NCBI GenBank assembly: GCA_000002445.1 | Contig: CP000070.1 | Location: forward strand, 32,001-96,000 | Direction: 5' to 3' | Length of the DNA: 64,000 bases | DNA from: Trypanosoma brucei | Taxonomy: Eukaryota | Shown: piece by piece, positions 22,469-31,542 of the stretch | Position numbering within the stretch: the stretch's first letter is position 1 | How the letters are laid out: the number at the start of each line of letters is the position of its first letter | Notes under the pieces: generated by a model | Database searches by the model: none | Seen by the model: the letters and a program-made list of their open reading frames with translations, nothing else | Told to the model about the DNA's origin: nothing | Translations under genes and position numbers: made by a program

Positions 22469-23605
22469 TTGGCTTTTAAAGTGCGTAGGGAAAGAAAAAT
22501 AATGGTGTGGAGTGGGCATAAATACAAGAGACTATTGCCTCTGTGTTTACTGACATTGTTATGGTTTTTGTCCCTTTCACGGTTCCGTCGTGTTGAAGTA
22601 CCAAAACAGCGTGAGAACATACAACACAGTTTTGAGCCGACACTTACCACACTTAACGAGGAAGACCTTCAATCTGTCCAATTTATTCCTCAGGCTACGG
22701 TGGATGTGTTGAGGCGACGGGATTTTTTTGTTGCAGTTGGATTCTTATCGCCTGATAACAACGAGAGACGGAGACGACGTTATTTACTTCGCTTAACATC
22801 TTTTCAGTACCCGGGGGTGGCAACGAAGAGCAATAATTTCAGTGGTGAGTTGATGATTGCTTTTATATTAGCCCGTCATCCGGACCACAATTACACATTT
22901 TCCGCCAAATTGAAGGAGGAAGCGTGGCATTGGAATGATATAATTTCGCTTCCCATGGATGAAGGGAAAGTTTCAACCAACAAAACAACGGGAGATGGCA
23001 CTCATTGGGGTCCCGCAACAGAAATTGGAATGAGTCGCAAAGTGTTTCATTGGTATGATTTTGCGCTTCGGTTCTTTCGTAATGTAACTTACATTTCAAA
23101 GGCGGATGACGATGCTTTTCTTCACGTACCGCAGTTCCTTGCAGATTTGCACACTTTACCGCGGCGTCGTGTTTATTGGGGGTACATGAAACCAATGACT
23201 GTAAAGGATCCCTTTTATTTTGCAGCTGGCATCTTGTACACATTGTCGCGGGATGTGAGTGAGGCTTTCGTGGCTTACGAACCGCTCCGTAAAATAATTC
23301 GAGTACCATACAGTAAAGAGCGAGAAATGGAATTTAAACCTTTGATATTGGAAAATGAGGATATTATGGTGGCCCGAGTGATCTCTTATCTAAGGTTGGA
23401 TAATCTGAGGTATTATGTGGAGTCCTGCTGTCGTTTCAATGATCTCAACTACGGATTTTGCAGTGGTGTGCGTGACACTTCTGTTATCATACATGGAGTT
23501 AAAGAGGGCCAGTACGCAGATATTGTGAATCGACTCGGCAAACATCGTACAGTTGCAAACCCATTTTACCGCGGGTACTTGGGATGGCACGCCTCGTGCA
23601 CATGA
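22469..23605 (+). CDS. Type II membrane glycosyltransferase. GT31/fringe-like beta-1,3-Gal/GlcNAc-transferase, resembling the trypanosome UDP-Gal/UDP-GlcNAc-dependent glycosyltransferase family. Alternative start at 22502.
   Basis: Short N-terminal cytosolic tail, then a single TM helix (LLPLCLLTLLWFLSLS). DxD motif in typical context (VTYISKADDDAFLHVP). A conserved Cys-rich C-terminal region. Last gene of the + strand run. Confidence 0.6.
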   Translation: MAFKVRRERKIMVWSGHKYKRLLPLCLLTLLWFLSLSRFRRVEVPKQRENIQHSFEPTLTTLNEEDLQSVQFIPQATVDVLRRRDFFVAVGFLSPDNNERRRRRYLLRLTSFQYPGVATKSNNFSGELMIAFILARHPDHNYTFSAKLKEEAWHWNDIISLPMDEGKVSTNKTTGDGTHWGPATEIGMSRKVFHWYDFALRFFRNVTYISKADDDAFLHVPQFLADLHTLPRRRVYWGYMKPMTVKDPFYFAAGILYTLSRDVSEAFVAYEPLRKIIRVPYSKEREMEFKPLILENEDIMVARVISYLRLDNLRYYVESCCRFNDLNYGFCSGVRDTSVIIHGVKEGQYADIVNRLGKHRTVANPFYRGYLGWHASCT

Positions 23606-25552
23606 AAAGCGGAATAAAAATAAATCAAGATATAAACAAACAACACCCGTTTCTTTTGGCAAATGGTCATCGTTCCCCTCCCCCCTTTTTTTTTGGGGGG
23701 GGGCGCACACAACCTTTCTTTGATGTCCCTTCGTGGGGATGCTTCAAAATACGCGGCAACAATTGGGGAGTGGTATGCTCCAGATTTAATGGAGGAGTGG
23801 GGGTGGAGGGCCGTGTTTTTATCCCCGGACTGCGCGTTGTGATGAGACAACACCTTCCTTTCTTTTTTTTTATTTCGTTTTGCCATGAGAAGCTGTCGGT
23901 GAGTTTGAGCCATGCGAGAGGGATTTGGAGCCACAAACACCAAATTTAACGACGCGCTCTCCTCTCCGTTCATTTGATGGCTTTTGCGTGCCTTCAGAAA
24001 GTTGAAAATTTAATGAGTCCCCGCACCCCCCTGCCCCGTTTTTCTTGCGCGACATCTGCTTTTTAAATTTATTATTTCCCCTTCTTTTGTTTGTCTGTTT
24101 TTTTTAAATTTTATTCAAAGGGTTTTAATATTTATTTCCCACCCTGTCGTTACGAACTGGCATATTCCGTTGCGTGTTTGAAATGCGGGTGGGAGCGGCT
24201 TGTTGGCACCGTATTATTTTCCCCCCCTCCCTCTTTTATTTTCTTTGGGATGCGTCCGCAATTCCCCTCAGCAACGCATCACATGTGTGGGAATGCGGCG
24301 GTCGGTTGCTCACAAATGCGTTGAGGGAAAAATTAAATTGTGCTGCACGTTTTTTTTTCATACAAAAAAACAAAAAGAAGGTGTCAGGCGGGGCAAAGTC
24401 AGTTGGTTCATTTGGGCGCGCAACTCCGCGGTGAAAAGGCGGAGATGGACGCACACCAAAATATGCGGCGACAACCGCCATTATTGGCTTGATTAGTTGT
24501 GTGACTGGCGAAGCTGAGTGGGGAGCAAAAATTTAAATATATATTTTGACCTTTGAGAGGCGATGCGGAATTCCGGATTTCCACATTATTTCCCCACCCC
24601 CCACCGTACCGAAAACTTTATGGGATTTGGGCTCAAGAAAGCGATTGGAATGCGCGTAGTTGAAGCACCGCCTCAAGGAAGCGCCGCGTCTGATGTTTGT
24701 GGTCTCTTTTTTTTTTATTTTTTAATGGGAACGGAAGAATCCAACGCAGGGCGCAGGACAGGATAATAATAATAATAATGGATTTGTGTTTGTTTGAAAT
24801 ACCGCAGAAGTGTGGTGGCGTGAGAACCTACAAATTATGGAACCCTTGAGGGCACTTAATTATTTTTTTTTCCTCCTCGGCACCGCGTTGCCGACATTTA
24901 AACCAGCCGTTGGAGAGCGGAACAAAACCAAATTAAAAAGTGGCATTTAACCATCCGCAGCCTTCCACTAATCACCGGAGCCATGCGAGTTTTTATTGTC
25001 GGGATTAATCCAAAAAATAAATAAATAAAATATGATGCCAAAAATTTGCGTAGCGGCGTAAACGTTTTTCATTTTTTCCCTCTTCTCAATCCAACGCGGG
25101 TGGCGACAGTCGCCATTTCCGTTTCCTTCCGGTACTTTACGCATTAATTCCATGAAAAAATGCGGTGGCCGGGTCATGCGACGACGTGGCCCAAATAAAT
25201 TCCCCCGCCGCTGCGCCTTCATGTTGTGAAAAAAAAAATCCGTATGCTTCGCGGGGTCCCTCACCTTTTGTCTCCGCCCCTCTTCCGAAAAAAAAAAAGA
25301 AAAAATGAGGATAAAAAGTATAAATATGAATAAAACCAGAGCAGTGCACCAGTTATTTTCTCTTTCCTTTGGATATATATATATATATATATATATGAGT
25401 CATGAAGGTTTCGGTAAAGCTTAACAACCGTTTTTTCCCTACTTTTTCACCCACGGGGCAGAGGCAAAGTTCCTTACAAAACAGCTGCGGCTGCGGGTGT
25501 CAAGAAAATAAGGAGGAAAATATGTTCGTCCGCTGAATGTTTTTTTTTTCAA
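23606..25552. other. Convergent strand-switch region (inferred RNA Pol II transcription termination zone) between the + strand and - strand gene runs
   Basis: Last + strand gene ends at 23605 and the first - strand gene ends at 25553. The interval has no credible ORF. It is rich in homopolymer runs (C5T9G9 at 23681-23703, A/T runs, (AAT)n at 24764-24780, (TA)12 at 25373-25396). No tRNA-like sequence recognised. Confidence 0.6.
25373..25396. repeat. (TA)n microsatellite, ~12 units
   Basis: Direct read of atatatatatatatatatatatat. Confidence 0.9.
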
Positions 25553-26629
25553 TTATTTTTTTGTCACATGCGTCCGCTTCTGCAACGCCGCTTCCATGGC
25601 TGCACACCATTCTTTCAGCGGTCCTTCGTGAAGAGCGCTCCGAAGTCTCGGATGGGCGTCAATAATACGCGTCAGGCCATACATTTCCACATCTGCAATA
25701 TCCGGTTCCTTCCCGCCGTGAAGTTGGTGGCAACCGCCGGAAAGGCGCGTAGCAAAACCGGACAACTCCGCAGCGAGCCAAGCGGAAGGGTCCCTTTGAA
25801 GAGAATTTTCCATTGAGGGAAATCCGCTTGTGGCCGATTCTTCAGCTGCAAACCGGGGGGCGACTTTATATTTTGCTAAAGCGTAAAGGGCAGTGGCACC
25901 AACCACGTGAAAGATCGGATTTTGGTAGTAGTAATGGGATGGGGTTACGTGTGGATATGTGGTGTACGCATCTCTCCAAGTGCTGTTAATTGCTAAGAAA
26001 CCTGCCGCTTGAAACCGCTCCATCATCCATTTCCGTGTCTCCATAATGCGCGGGTCACTCAACTGCTTCGTGAATCCCAGTGGCGCTGAAATCGCTGCAA
26101 TGATGTGTTGAGAATCCGCCACGTACGCCACACTTTTTTCCGCCGCGTGCGGATTGTTTGGATCAGCGACCGCCTCCAGCCCGATCTGTGGGACTTGTAC
26201 AAAACGTTGGTCCGGAAACCCTTTTGTCGTGAGCGGGCCAACTTCAACAATTTCAAATGGCACGAGATGGTAACGAAGCAGCCACTCAACCCTCTCACAA
26301 TACGGGCATCCCTTCATGCGGTATAACGTCATATTAAAATCCCGTCCGGAGGGGGAAACTCCTTTTTTTCGCTCAGGACGGTTGGGCCACGGCCGGTGTG
26401 ATGCATCGAAGGCTTCGGATAAAAGTACGGAATCCTGCATTGCGTTAAATTCATCAGCGGAAATCCGTGCCGGTGTTCTGCTTCCAGTTGCGTTCCGTTG
26501 GCCACCAAATAGGGAAACCAAACCAGCTCCCAGGACACCGCCTGCTGATGCATAGACAAACCGGGCAGATGGCCACCGCATTCCCCGCCGTTTCAGGGCT
26601 GCAGCTAACCAAAAAAAAATTGAAAGCAA
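25553..26629 (-). CDS. Glutaredoxin-like/GST-like protein resembling prostaglandin E synthase 2 (mPGES-2) family
   Basis: MTLYRMKGCPYCERVEWLLRYHLVPFEIVEVGP closely parallels the mPGES-2 Grx-like motif (LTLYQYKTCPFC.KVRAFLDFH.LPYQVVEVNP), with a CPYC dithiol. N-terminal hydrophobic segment. The C-terminal half is GST-C-like in length and composition. Confidence 0.6.
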   Translation of the reverse strand: MLSIFFWLAAALKRRGMRWPSARFVYASAGGVLGAGLVSLFGGQRNATGSRTPARISADEFNAMQDSVLLSEAFDASHRPWPNRPERKKGVSPSGRDFNMTLYRMKGCPYCERVEWLLRYHLVPFEIVEVGPLTTKGFPDQRFVQVPQIGLEAVADPNNPHAAEKSVAYVADSQHIIAAISAPLGFTKQLSDPRIMETRKWMMERFQAAGFLAINSTWRDAYTTYPHVTPSHYYYQNPIFHVVGATALYALAKYKVAPRFAAEESATSGFPSMENSLQRDPSAWLAAELSGFATRLSGGCHQLHGGKEPDIADVEMYGLTRIIDAHPRLRSALHEGPLKEWCAAMEAALQKRTHVTKK

Positions 26630-27533
26630 ATAACGCTACGGCGCTTGCAACGCGCCCCGACAGACACACAGAGAAGTTGAAAGGCAAACGAGGAAGGAGA
26701 AAATAACGCTGAGAAAAAAAACATGGAAGCAACCAAACATTCAATAGCAGCTTTAGTGGGCATGGACGGGTACTCGTTCGAACACGTGATGCCATCCCGG
26801 TGGGGGAAAAGCATTCTTTTGAGTGTATGTGTGTGTAGGTGGGAGGGAGGGGACTAACATGAGTACCGTGACGTTAAAATTGAAACAGAGGAACAAATAG
26901 GACATTATAATAGAAGAAACTAACTAACTGCGGCCGAAGCCCTCGTCTTTGTTTTACGAAATAATAATAATAGAGATAGCTACAAGTAACAAAGAGAAGG
27001 AGGAAAAAATAAAATATGCGGCAACGCGCCCAAACTCCGCTGCCACCACCTATGCACCGGGCGTATCGCCTTCCCTTCCACATCTCCGCATAGCCATCAC
27101 ATTTACTAGACAAAGCAAACAATGTATGGAAATAACGTAAAACCTAACGAGTGCTGTCGGAGGCGTGCAACCGGAGGAAGATGAGAAAAGGAAGGACGCA
27201 TTCCCATTTCATTTTTTCCCGCATGTACGGGGGAAACGACCATCAAGCGGTACATCCTTCCTTGGGTTCGCAATCTCCTCTTGATGACACCTAAAGGGAA
27301 AACATTCCGAGAGCCGTCATCCTTTCCGTTCCCTTTTCTTTCCCTCCCTTTTCTATCAAACCATTTCCAACGCGTATTGCCACCATTTGCTCACCTAAAA
27401 ATATTCACCAACATCTCAGGTGTCTTTTGCATCGTGCGGCAACGCATCGGCTCCAAGAAATGATGGAAATGACACCCGGTGCAACCGCCTCGCAGCCTCC
27501 GTGGCGATTGCTGAATTGCCGGGCCCAAAACCG

Positions 27534-28202
27534 CTAAATCACGCGACTCTCCGGGGTTACATTTGCCATATCCGGGACGGGGTTTGTGGGGTTCATACGG
27601 TGCACTGCTATGGCATTACACGCCCCAAAAAGCGATATGTTTGCACTGTTTTTGGCATAACTCACCTGAATCATGCGGTTCGCCAGCATCTTGTATCGGT
27701 TGTGAAGGGTGAAGATGGCCGTATCCGCCTCCTCCACGTTGGAGTATGTGACGAATGCTGCACCTTTACTCCTGTTTTGTGAGTCACGGAGAATATGAAT
27801 GTGCTCCACCGTACCGTATGCGCTGAAGAGATCATACAGGCGTTTTTCGTCTGTTTCAAAGGGAAGTTGGCCCACAAACAACTTCGCTGCGGTCGGGCTC
27901 GCCTGATGGGTGCTTTCGGCGTCGAACTGTCTTCCAAGTGTCTGTTGTTGTTGTTGTTGCTGTTGGTGGCGCCGCGGCTGCTTCAAGGGGAAAGAGTATG
28001 TTGCCTTCTGCTGAAGTGGGGCATTAATACCTTCAGTTCCCCACGATCTGGTGCTCGGATGGCCACTGGTATACATGTTGCGTGTTTTTTTAGGTGCGCG
28101 CTTCAACCTTACAAGAACAAGAATGGAGTTCGGGATAATGGTTGAGGGCTCAGGTTGACGAAGAGCTTGTCGAGGAGGGATTAGTGTAGGGCGGCATTCC
28201 AC
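27534..28202 (-). CDS. RNA-binding protein with a single RRM domain and a poly-Q tract. The true start may be the internal Met at ~28076.
   Basis: RRM with RNP2 (KLFVGQL) and RNP1 (KGAAFVTY) motifs. A run of 9 Gln encoded by the (CAA/CAG)n at ~27940-27966. Confidence 0.7.
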   Translation of the reverse strand: MECRPTLIPPRQALRQPEPSTIIPNSILVLVRLKRAPKKTRNMYTSGHPSTRSWGTEGINAPLQQKATYSFPLKQPRRHQQQQQQQQTLGRQFDAESTHQASPTAAKLFVGQLPFETDEKRLYDLFSAYGTVEHIHILRDSQNRSKGAAFVTYSNVEEADTAIFTLHNRYKMLANRMIQVSYAKNSANISLFGACNAIAVHRMNPTNPVPDMANVTPESRVI

Positions 28203-28374
28203 TCATTTTTTTAAAAATAAAAGAACATAGAGGACTGGGTAATATGCATTTTTCAAACAACACCAAAAGACACAAATTACAATAACAGGGGTTGTACTAT
28301 ACCACGTTGTTGCGATAGATTTCCCCCCCCCCCAAATTGAAGGGATTAATGCGAAGGAGGGCAGTGACTGCTCG

Positions 28375-29028
28375 CTACAGTTTTGAGATGGCCGCACGTC
28401 GGGTTTTGTTTGGTGATTTCGTGTCGTTGAAAACTTTAGTGTGGTCGGCTCTGGCGCATAAAACTGTTTTCCCATTTTGTTCCTGTCGCACCTCGGCGCT
28501 AAGGGAGCAAATCCGGCGACCCGACCGCAGGAGACGACTCACCAAAATAAAAGGACGCTCTGAAAGAAGGGGTCGCACGAAATCAATCGTTAGAGAAACG
28601 GAGACATGTTTCATTTTCACTAGAAGAGCCAAATGTGCAGATGTTAGTGCATCAATAAGGAATGACAAGACCCCTTGATCCACGTACACGTCGCCTGTTT
28701 TATTGAGGGAATCATGTGATGCGAGCGTTTTACTCGCTTTCATGGGCCACTCAACAACTGATCCGTTTAAATCAGATGCATCGCCTCCAAGAGACGTGCT
28801 GGCAGCCATTGCGCCGCTACCAACAAATGTCATACGTACATCCTTCACATTCAAACTTGCATGGCGGAGCGCGACATCTCTCGTGCATTGCGTAGTTGCA
28901 GCGAAGAAGTCCTCGATTCGGCGCTCAGTACTTGGGCTTATTTCGTTGTAGTCCATGCTTATTTCTTTTTGTTTTTTCTTCCTAATGATTCTTTTTTCCC
29001 TTCCCCTCCCCCTAGTGGCCTTAACCAA
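28375..29028 (-). CDS. Hotdog-fold (4HBT/PaaI-like) thioesterase superfamily protein. Probable start at the internal Met at 28956 (MDYNEIS...).
   Basis: Central block GVLSFLIDALTSAHLALL...VSVSLTIDFVRP resembles the PaaI/4-hydroxybenzoyl-CoA thioesterase core. Small protein of ~190 aa. Confidence 0.5.
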   Translation of the reverse strand: MVKATRGRGREKRIIRKKKQKEISMDYNEISPSTERRIEDFFAATTQCTRDVALRHASLNVKDVRMTFVGSGAMAASTSLGGDASDLNGSVVEWPMKASKTLASHDSLNKTGDVYVDQGVLSFLIDALTSAHLALLVKMKHVSVSLTIDFVRPLLSERPFILVSRLLRSGRRICSLSAEVRQEQNGKTVLCARADHTKVFNDTKSPNKTRRAAISKL

Positions 29029-29526
29029 ACAAGTGCAAATACACGTATTTTAAAACCATGCGATAGGGGAAACTCGGTGAGGTGTTCGCATCTGGAGCAT
29101 CAATCTTCAGTAGTCACTGGGGTGTACGTGTGAGGTGCGTTTACAGCCTTCCCGTAGCGACATGCAAATAAATATCAACAACTACTCGTGACGCAAGCGC
29201 CATGAAAAAAAAAAAACGCGTCTTGGTGCCATCCGCAAATAATTGTTTGTAATGGAAGTTTGCCAGCACGCGAGACGCCTTTTTATTTCGCCACGCGGCT
29301 GCAACCCCTAACCCCTCCCCCCCAAAAAAAAATAATAATAATAAATACGGCCCAACGCGCCGTCGCGCCCCCGCGATCGCGCTCATTTGAGCTCGAAGGG
29401 ATAATATGACGAAGAACCGCCTCCCACTCCCCGCCTTCGTTTGCGAATGTGTTTTGAATTGACAAGGATAAAAATTGAACAAAATAAAAAAAAAAACGAC
29501 CACAAGTACAAAGCATAGATCGAATG

Positions 29527-30615
29527 CTAGGAAGTTTGCAGTGTCTCCAATCGCCTAGCAAACCCAGCTATAAGGGAGGTTGTGCCACTCAAATCATCAT
29601 AAAAAACATTATGACCTGCTTTCGGTAATATGTGTTCTTCCGTTGTTGCAATACTACAGCCTTTCCATAGGCCCTGGAGGCGTTTGTGCCTTCCCACTTC
29701 AGACTCGGCCCCTAATATGGAAAGAATAGGAACATCAATTTCCCCCCGTGCACAAACCCTCGCATCAGCGTCAGTTAAGAAAATGGATCCGTTGCGTAAG
29801 TTTTCATCCAATACGGGAAGGTTGCACCTCCACGATACATCAGGTGGCGCACCACCGCTTTTACGAATAATTTGTAAGTTAGTTGTGAGAAACCCCTGCA
29901 GCCTTCTGTCCCGAATGCCACACCGATTGAATTCCTCATGAGCACTGCGCATGTCCGTTATTGCCGAGAGACGCACCCTCCTCATATAATCAATATATTC
30001 ATGTAACAAATTACGAAGTGACGACGGGAATAAGGATTTAGTGAGGGGCGGCATGTCCAGGCTGACAAAACCGGCAACGGGCGCCCGGTGCACATCTCCA
30101 TGGCGATGATCCAAAAGGTATTTTGCCCACGTCAAGGTACCCATGCTGTGACCAACGGCTATAATCCTTGGTGTCATTAAATTACCCTCAGCCCGCTTCC
30201 CCGCCACAACATATCCGTGCCAATGCAGCCATTCACGCAAATCAGCCACCATATCTTCAAGTGTGTGAGTTGAGGTGTGCGGTGATCTGCCATGATTTCG
30301 ACTGTCCACAACGATGGCCTCCACCGAAGCCGCCATGCGTTCCGTTGCTAAACATTCATGCAGCCGTCGGGCAAGCGACATAAGCGAACCTCCATGACTC
30401 AGAAATCCGTGCAAAAAGATGAAATGCACGGGGTTTTCCGGTGAGGAAACCCTCGCCGTATTTGATACCCTCGTGCTGTGGAGTTTAACGGGCGCCCTCA
30501 CATTCCCCATGCGGTCAGAGCTCCTGAAACTATATGCCGGTTTCTTTTCCCTCCCCCCAACGGCGCGAGACTGAGAAAATCGTAAAAAGAAAAGGATATG
30601 AGTAAAGGAAGGCAT
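29527..30615 (-). CDS. Alpha/beta-hydrolase fold protein (serine hydrolase)
   Basis: Nucleophile elbow GHSMGT in a 362-aa ORF. HGF/HGxxxxG-type oxyanion region (FIFLHGFLSHGGS). C-terminal His/Asp-containing segments consistent with a catalytic triad. Confidence 0.6.
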   Translation of the reverse strand: MPSFTHILFFLRFSQSRAVGGREKKPAYSFRSSDRMGNVRAPVKLHSTRVSNTARVSSPENPVHFIFLHGFLSHGGSLMSLARRLHECLATERMAASVEAIVVDSRNHGRSPHTSTHTLEDMVADLREWLHWHGYVVAGKRAEGNLMTPRIIAVGHSMGTLTWAKYLLDHRHGDVHRAPVAGFVSLDMPPLTKSLFPSSLRNLLHEYIDYMRRVRLSAITDMRSAHEEFNRCGIRDRRLQGFLTTNLQIIRKSGGAPPDVSWRCNLPVLDENLRNGSIFLTDADARVCARGEIDVPILSILGAESEVGRHKRLQGLWKGCSIATTEEHILPKAGHNVFYDDLSGTTSLIAGFARRLETLQTS

Positions 30616-30822
30616 CCTTTAGACCGTAGCCAAGCAGCTCCCAATTGATCATGTTTCCCGAAACAAGCAAGCAAACAATATTGTTCCCATTTCTTCGTTA
30701 TTAATGCACCAGACATCTCGACTCGAGTGAAAAATATGACGATAAATTGATTGTTGCGGAAACGAGTGGCCCTTGTACCGCTGCCCAGTCAGGAGTGCCG
30801 TTCAAATATCGGAAAAGTCAAT

Positions 30823-31542
30823 CTATTGCATGCAAGCACAGGCTTCCTGTAAGAAAATACCGTTTGTTTTGTATTCAACACTGCTGTTGCATTCACATCC
30901 TCCTTTTGGTGATGCACCGGACGAACGATGTCGCGAAAAGACAACCTTCCCAACGGCTATTTGATATATCAAAAAAGTTTCAGTTTTCCATAGTTCTGTA
31001 CCAAACCAATGAAAACACAGAGATGTCTGCAGAGTTTTCCCAAATAAACTTTCTTCACACTCCAGCACGGGGAACCGCTCGGTGACTTTGCTAAGGGGAT
31101 GTGGCGTGACAAAATCACAAAACAACTTCCTTCTTGTTTGTATTGTGTGTGTGTGGTTTCTGTTCGTACCAGAAAATGCACACGCTAATACCGACGTTAT
31201 CTTCCGATACGCGTGATTGGTTTCGAAGTTTATACAGTCAGTCGAAGTGGTTAGAACCTTAGTTGGAGTGGTGAAACGTAAATAAGCTCCTCTGTCACTT
31301 GCAAAAGTGGTGGTCCTCCTTTTTCCCTTGGCGGCGAAAACTGTCCTCCAAAAACCCGGCGACATCACTTCATGATGCTGCACAGTAACCGATTCAAAAG
31401 TTTGTAGTGCCCAACTTGTCACGGTTTCGTTTCGATTAGTAATAGTGATGGGATATTTTAACCATACAAGTGAAATAACTGCTGGAGCTTTCCAGTGCCG
31501 CAACACCAAAAACTGTGTACAAGGAACTGAGGCCAAGGACAT
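30823..31542 (-). CDS. Possible hypothetical protein (239-aa ORF on the transcribed strand of this run). Weak.
   Basis: Only the ORF orientation supports it. No domain recognised. It lies in an otherwise ~3.3 kb gene-free stretch between the hydrolase gene and the array. Confidence 0.2.
   Translation of the reverse strand: MSLASVPCTQFLVLRHWKAPAVISLVWLKYPITITNRNETVTSWALQTFESVTVQHHEVMSPGFWRTVFAAKGKRRTTTFASDRGAYLRFTTPTKVLTTSTDCINFETNHAYRKITSVLACAFSGTNRNHTHTIQTRRKLFCDFVTPHPLSKVTERFPVLECEESLFGKTLQTSLCFHWFGTELWKTETFLIYQIAVGKVVFSRHRSSGASPKGGCECNSSVEYKTNGIFLQEACACMQ

Noticed and set aside
23584-25349. Small ORFs in the strand-switch region (23584..23949, 23566..23973, 24200..24496, 24968..25264, 25137..25349)
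   Set aside because: Driven by homopolymer runs (poly-G/poly-F/poly-K translations). No coherent orientation relative to either gene run.
23606-25552. Looked for tRNA/snRNA genes, which often sit in trypanosomatid convergent strand-switch regions
   Set aside because: No cloverleaf-compatible sequence with a GTTCGAATC-like T-arm or A/B box was recognisable by eye. A proper tRNAscan run is needed, so this is absence of evidence only.
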